Below, one piece after another: positions 28,800 through 32,000 of a stretch of 32,000 bases of DNA (within the stretch, counting starts at the first letter, position 1; every line of letters begins with the position of its first letter). Where the stretch lies: positions 1,590,001 through 1,622,000 of the forward strand of contig NZ_CP026606.1 in NCBI RefSeq assembly GCF_002945325.1, in the 5' to 3' direction. Source of the DNA: Methanococcus maripaludis (GTDB lineage: Archaea > AGJL01 > Methanococci > Methanococcales > Methanococcaceae). Position numbers and translations under genes: made by a program. The notes below the pieces were generated by a model, which ran no database searches, was not told where the DNA came from, and saw only the letters and a program-made list of their open reading frames with translations.

Positions 28800-29742
28800 T
28801 ATCCACCCTGTTTAAAAATTTTAAATTATTCCATTTTCCAAAGTACGTATGTTTTCCATTTAATTTAATATGGTTTAATGTTAGGCCATATTTTAAATAT
28901 AAAAGTTTTGGAACTCTTGCAACAACATTTATTTCGTATTCGTTATCATTTAAAATGAAAAACGGTTTTAAATAATCAATTTTTGGATTATTATATGAAA
29001 TATTTACAAGTGCAGGGTAGTAAATTCCATTAATCTCACCAAAAAACCAACCTTTAATTTTATCCCACAATGACTGTTTTAAATAAATATACTGACAATC
29101 AAAGCTTTTTTCATTGAAATCTATTGAAAATTCTCTAATTCTCGTGTTATTTAATTTTTTATTAAATAAATCAATCGATTTTGAAAGATCCGTTTTATAT
29201 TTTAAAATTAGATTTTTTGGAGGTAGTTCTTTTTTTAAAATGCAAGTTTTAACGATATCGTATTCTTTTAATTTATATGCTGAATTTAGGTTTGAAACAT
29301 ATTCTTTTAATCCCATATTATATTTTGAAAAATAATACGTATTTCCAAAAATTAAGTCTTTTACAAAAGGTTTATAAATATCTGGAACTTTATTTTCAGC
29401 ATAATTTAAAATTAATTCTTTTAATCTTTCTTTTTCAAAATTATCAAGTTCAAAGTAGGTTTTTGAAGGGTTTAAATTGTTATTTTTTAAAAATATAATC
29501 GATTCTTTTTCAGAATTAAAAAGCGGAATTTCGTTGAAATAGTAAAGCATTTTAAATAATGGGTAATTTTTGCCATAAATTGCTAAATCATTTCCAATTT
29601 TTTCAATTTCCAATTTTTTTAAAGTACTTTCATCAATTTCAGGTTCATTATTTTTGTAAATACAGTCCAAAATATTTAAAAAATCTGAAATTTCTTCGTT
29701 ATTATTTTCCTTTTTAATCTCCAGAAATAAATCAGATAACAT
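28783..29742 (-). CDS. Uncharacterised 319-aa protein at the head of the heptose operon
   Basis: Complete ORF with GGGGG ribosome-binding site (plus-strand CCCCC at 29749-29753) and an upstream TATA-like box; 17-bp overlap with gmhA; no motif I recognise. Confidence 0.75.
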   Translation of the reverse strand: MLSDLFLEIKKENNNEEISDFLNILDCIYKNNEPEIDESTLKKLEIEKIGNDLAIYGKNYPLFKMLYYFNEIPLFNSEKESIIFLKNNNLNPSKTYFELDNFEKERLKELILNYAENKVPDIYKPFVKDLIFGNTYYFSKYNMGLKEYVSNLNSAYKLKEYDIVKTCILKKELPPKNLILKYKTDLSKSIDLFNKKLNNTRIREFSIDFNEKSFDCQYIYLKQSLWDKIKGWFFGEINGIYYPALVNISYNNPKIDYLKPFFILNDNEYEINVVARVPKLLYLKYGLTLNHIKLNGKHTYFGKWNNLKFLNRVDNENIF

Positions 29743-29767
29743 GAAAAACCCCCGTACAAATCAAATC

Positions 29768-29775
29768 CTTTATAT
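29768..29775 (+). promoter_or_regulatory. TATA box, candidate for glmM (plus strand)
   Basis: CTTTATAT; predicted TSS about 29798, 40 nt upstream of the likely TTG start at 29838. Confidence 0.5.
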
Positions 29776-29793
29776 GTATGATTAATTAAAAGG

Positions 29794-29801
29794 ATATAAA
29801 G
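29794..29801 (-). promoter_or_regulatory. TATA box, candidate for the heptose operon (minus strand)
   Basis: CTTTATAT on the minus strand (ATATAAAG on plus); predicted TSS about 29771, upstream of the ATG at 29742. Confidence 0.5.
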
Positions 29802-29837
29802 TATTAGTTTAGGCGTTAATTTGTGCTTGGTGAAATC

Positions 29838-31181
29838 TTGAAACTTTTTGGGACTTCTGGGATTCGAATGAAAAATTTAGATCCTTTAATTGCATACAAG
29901 GTTGGTTTTGCAATTTCAAAGAATTTTAAAAAGGCAGTTATTGGAAGAGATACTAGAACTACTGGAAACTTAATTGAAAGTGCGATCACGGCAGGACTTC
30001 TTAATGGGGGCTGTGACGTAACTACGATTGGCATGGTTCCAACTCCAGTTTTAGGTTATTCTGCAAAAGACTATGATTTGGGAATTATGATTACTGCATC
30101 TCACAATCCACCTGAATACAACGGGATAAAGTTGTTTAATAAAAATGGAACTGCATTTGATCTTATGCAGGAAAAAAAACTTGAAGATATAATTAACAAT
30201 GACGATTTTAATGAAGGTACCTGGGATAATATTGGCTGTATATTGGAAGACAAAACCGCAGTTAAAAAGTATTCTGAGTATATTTTACAAAGTTTGAATA
30301 TAAATACGAATTTTAATGTTGTAGTTGATTGTGCAAACGCAGCAGGATGTGTGGTTTCTCCAACCATATTTACTGAAGCAGGTTGCAAAGTAATTTCTGT
30401 AAATTCGCACTGTGATGGAAGATTTGTTGGAAGAATGCCTGAGCCAAATGAAACAAACTTGAAAGAAACCGTAGATATTATAAAAGGCTTAAATTCAAAC
30501 GGTAGGAATTATATTGGGATTGCACATGATGGTGATGCTGACAGGATGATTGCAATTGATGAACTTGGAAGAGTTACCGATTTTGATAAACTTTTAGCGG
30601 CATTTTGTAAATATCTGGTTCAAAAAACAGGTGCTGATAAAATTGTGACAACTGTTGATGCTTCAATGGCAATTGAGGAATATTTAAACGAATTTGGGGC
30701 CAAAGTAATAAGGACAAAGATTGGAGATGTTGCAGTAGCTGAAGAACTTGAAAAAACAGGTGCTATTTTTGGAGGGGAACCTTCTGGAACGTGGATACAT
30801 CGCGATATTCATTTAACGCCTGATGGAATTCTTTCGGGACTTAGGGTTTTAGAAATGATGGAATTTTACGGCAAAAAATTGCATGAAATTATTGATGAAG
30901 TTCCGTCATACTATAATATGCGTGAAAAAATATCGTGCCAAGATAATTTAAAACAGGAAGTAATGGATTACATTTCAAAAGAAGGCGAAAAAATATTTGA
31001 AACGAAACCTGAAACTCTTGATGGGGTTAGATTTTCATTTGAAAAGGGCTGGATATTAATACGACCTTCAGGAACTGAAAGCTACGTTAGAGTTAGGGTT
31101 GAAGCAAAAGAAAAAGATTTTGCAGAAAAATTAATGAAAACAGGAATTTCAATGGTAAAAACAGGAATTTCTGGAAATTAG
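29838..31181 (+). CDS. glmM: Phosphoglucosamine mutase / phosphohexomutase
   Basis: KLFGTSGIRMKN, active-site loop GIMITASHNPPEYNGIK, AHDGDADRMIAIDE, GGEPSGTWI, RPSGTESYVRVRVEA. GGTGA then TTG 29838 is the likely start; the ORF track begins at GTG 29823. Confidence 0.93.
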   Translation: MKLFGTSGIRMKNLDPLIAYKVGFAISKNFKKAVIGRDTRTTGNLIESAITAGLLNGGCDVTTIGMVPTPVLGYSAKDYDLGIMITASHNPPEYNGIKLFNKNGTAFDLMQEKKLEDIINNDDFNEGTWDNIGCILEDKTAVKKYSEYILQSLNINTNFNVVVDCANAAGCVVSPTIFTEAGCKVISVNSHCDGRFVGRMPEPNETNLKETVDIIKGLNSNGRNYIGIAHDGDADRMIAIDELGRVTDFDKLLAAFCKYLVQKTGADKIVTTVDASMAIEEYLNEFGAKVIRTKIGDVAVAEELEKTGAIFGGEPSGTWIHRDIHLTPDGILSGLRVLEMMEFYGKKLHEIIDEVPSYYNMREKISCQDNLKQEVMDYISKEGEKIFETKPETLDGVRFSFEKGWILIRPSGTESYVRVRVEAKEKDFAEKLMKTGISMVKTGISGN

Positions 31182-31190
31182 GGGGTTAAT

Positions 31191-32000
31191 ATGGATGCAA
31201 TAATATTATGTGCTGGAAAAGGAACTAGGTTACATCCAATAACGGAATCACGCCCAAAACCAATGATTCCAATTGCTGGAAAGCCTATATTGGAACACAT
31301 TATTGAAAAAATCGAAAACCACGTTGAAAAAATATATCTGATTGTAGGGTATCAAAAAGAAAAAATTATTGAATATTTCAAAGATAACCCAAAAATTGAA
31401 TATATTTTACAGGAAAAACAGCTTGGAACCGGGCACGCGGTTTTAACTGCTAAAAATTTCATAAAAAACGATTTTTTAGTTTTAAATGGGGATGTAATTT
31501 TCGAAGATTCAATCGATGAAATTTTAACTTATGAAAATGCAGTTAGCTTGTCAAAAGTAGACAATCCTGAAAATTTTGGTGTAATCGAACTTGGGTATGA
31601 TAACAAAGTAATAAATTTACTCGAAAAACCAAAAAAAGAAGAAATAACTTCAAATCTCATTAACGCAGGAATTTATAAACTTCAAAATAGCGTATTTGGA
31701 ATTTTAGAAAATCTTGTTCCCTCAGAACGTGGGGAAATCGAGCTGACTGACGCTTTGAAGACGTTGGTTGAAAACGGAAAACTTCACGGTGTTGAGTTAA
31801 AAGGTTACTGGAACGATATCGGTCATCCCTGGGATGTTTTAAGTGCAAACAATCACTTTTTAAATAAAATAATCTCAAAAGTTTCTGGAAAAATCGAAGA
31901 TAATGTATCGATTACAGGAAACGTTATGATTGAAGAAGGGGCAGTAATAAAATCAAATTCTGTAATTGAAGGGCCTGTAATTATAAAATCAGGTTCAATT
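31191..32000 (+). CDS. glmU: GlmU-like bifunctional sugar-1-phosphate nucleotidyltransferase / acyltransferase, truncated by window edge
   Basis: My translation from ATG 31191: MDAIILCAGKGTRLHPITESRPKPMIPIAGKPILEHIIEKIE... open to the window end. C-terminal SGKIEDNVSITGNVMIEEGAVIKSNSVIEGPVIIKSGSI is the start of a left-handed beta-helix hexapeptide domain. Absent from the ORF track because there is no stop. Confidence 0.85.
   Translation, partial: MDAIILCAGKGTRLHPITESRPKPMIPIAGKPILEHIIEKIENHVEKIYLIVGYQKEKIIEYFKDNPKIEYILQEKQLGTGHAVLTAKNFIKNDFLVLNGDVIFEDSIDEILTYENAVSLSKVDNPENFGVIELGYDNKVINLLEKPKKEEITSNLINAGIYKLQNSVFGILENLVPSERGEIELTDALKTLVENGKLHGVELKGYWNDIGHPWDVLSANNHFLNKIISKVSGKIEDNVSITGNVMIEEGAVIKSNSVIEGPVIIKSGSI

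Noticed and set aside
31660-31878. Minus-strand 72-aa ORF at the right edge
   Set aside because: Antisense to the truncated glmU-like gene, whose frame is open and conserved to the window end.
1-32000. CRISPR arrays, tRNA/rRNA genes, insertion sequences
   Set aside because: By eye there were no regularly spaced repeats, no convincing T-loop/cloverleaf outside coding genes and no transposase or integrase ORF. A tRNAscan-SE/Infernal and repeat-finder run would be needed to exclude small or degenerate cases.

Overview
This window is a methanogen chromosome segment, almost certainly Methanococcus (M. maripaludis-like); that assignment rests on gene content, AT-richness, GGTG(A)-type ribosome-binding sites and TTTATAT-type TATA boxes. 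The left half (about 0-13.3 kb) is mostly housekeeping: sucC, pyrI, a TfuA-domain protein, a membrane-anchored phospholipase-D-like protein, argD, a winged-HTH regulator, phoU-pstB-pstA-pstC-pstS, ppsA, archaeal coaD and an AEC-family transporter. The right half is a surface-polysaccharide region built as two convergent gene blocks. The plus-strand block (13.4-21.9 kb) holds galU, an NDP-sugar epimerase, a UDP-glucose/NDP-mannose dehydrogenase, a Wzx-like flippase, a GT4 glycosyltransferase, a degenerate nucleotidyltransferase/thymidylate-kinase-like protein, a methyltransferase and a GT9 glycosyltransferase split by an in-frame TAG. The minus-strand block (29.7-21.9 kb) encodes what looks like a complete bacterial-type nucleotide-activated heptose pathway (gmhA, separate hldC/rfaE2 and hldA/rfaE1, gmhB, an hldD-like epimerase), two GT9 glycosyltransferases, a GT4 enzyme and an uncharacterised 319-aa lead protein. 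It is followed by glmM and a truncated glmU-like gene on the plus strand. The best leads are: (1) a heptose-nucleotide pathway in an archaeon with no LPS; (2) a GT9 gene interrupted by one in-frame amber codon, aligned to a Lys in an in-window paralogue; (3) a symmetric 'crossed' divergent promoter between the heptose operon and glmM; (4) the unknown 319-aa protein heading the heptose operon; (5) a kinase-like protein that appears to have lost its P-loop. I saw no CRISPR array, tRNA/rRNA, transposase or clear defence system.
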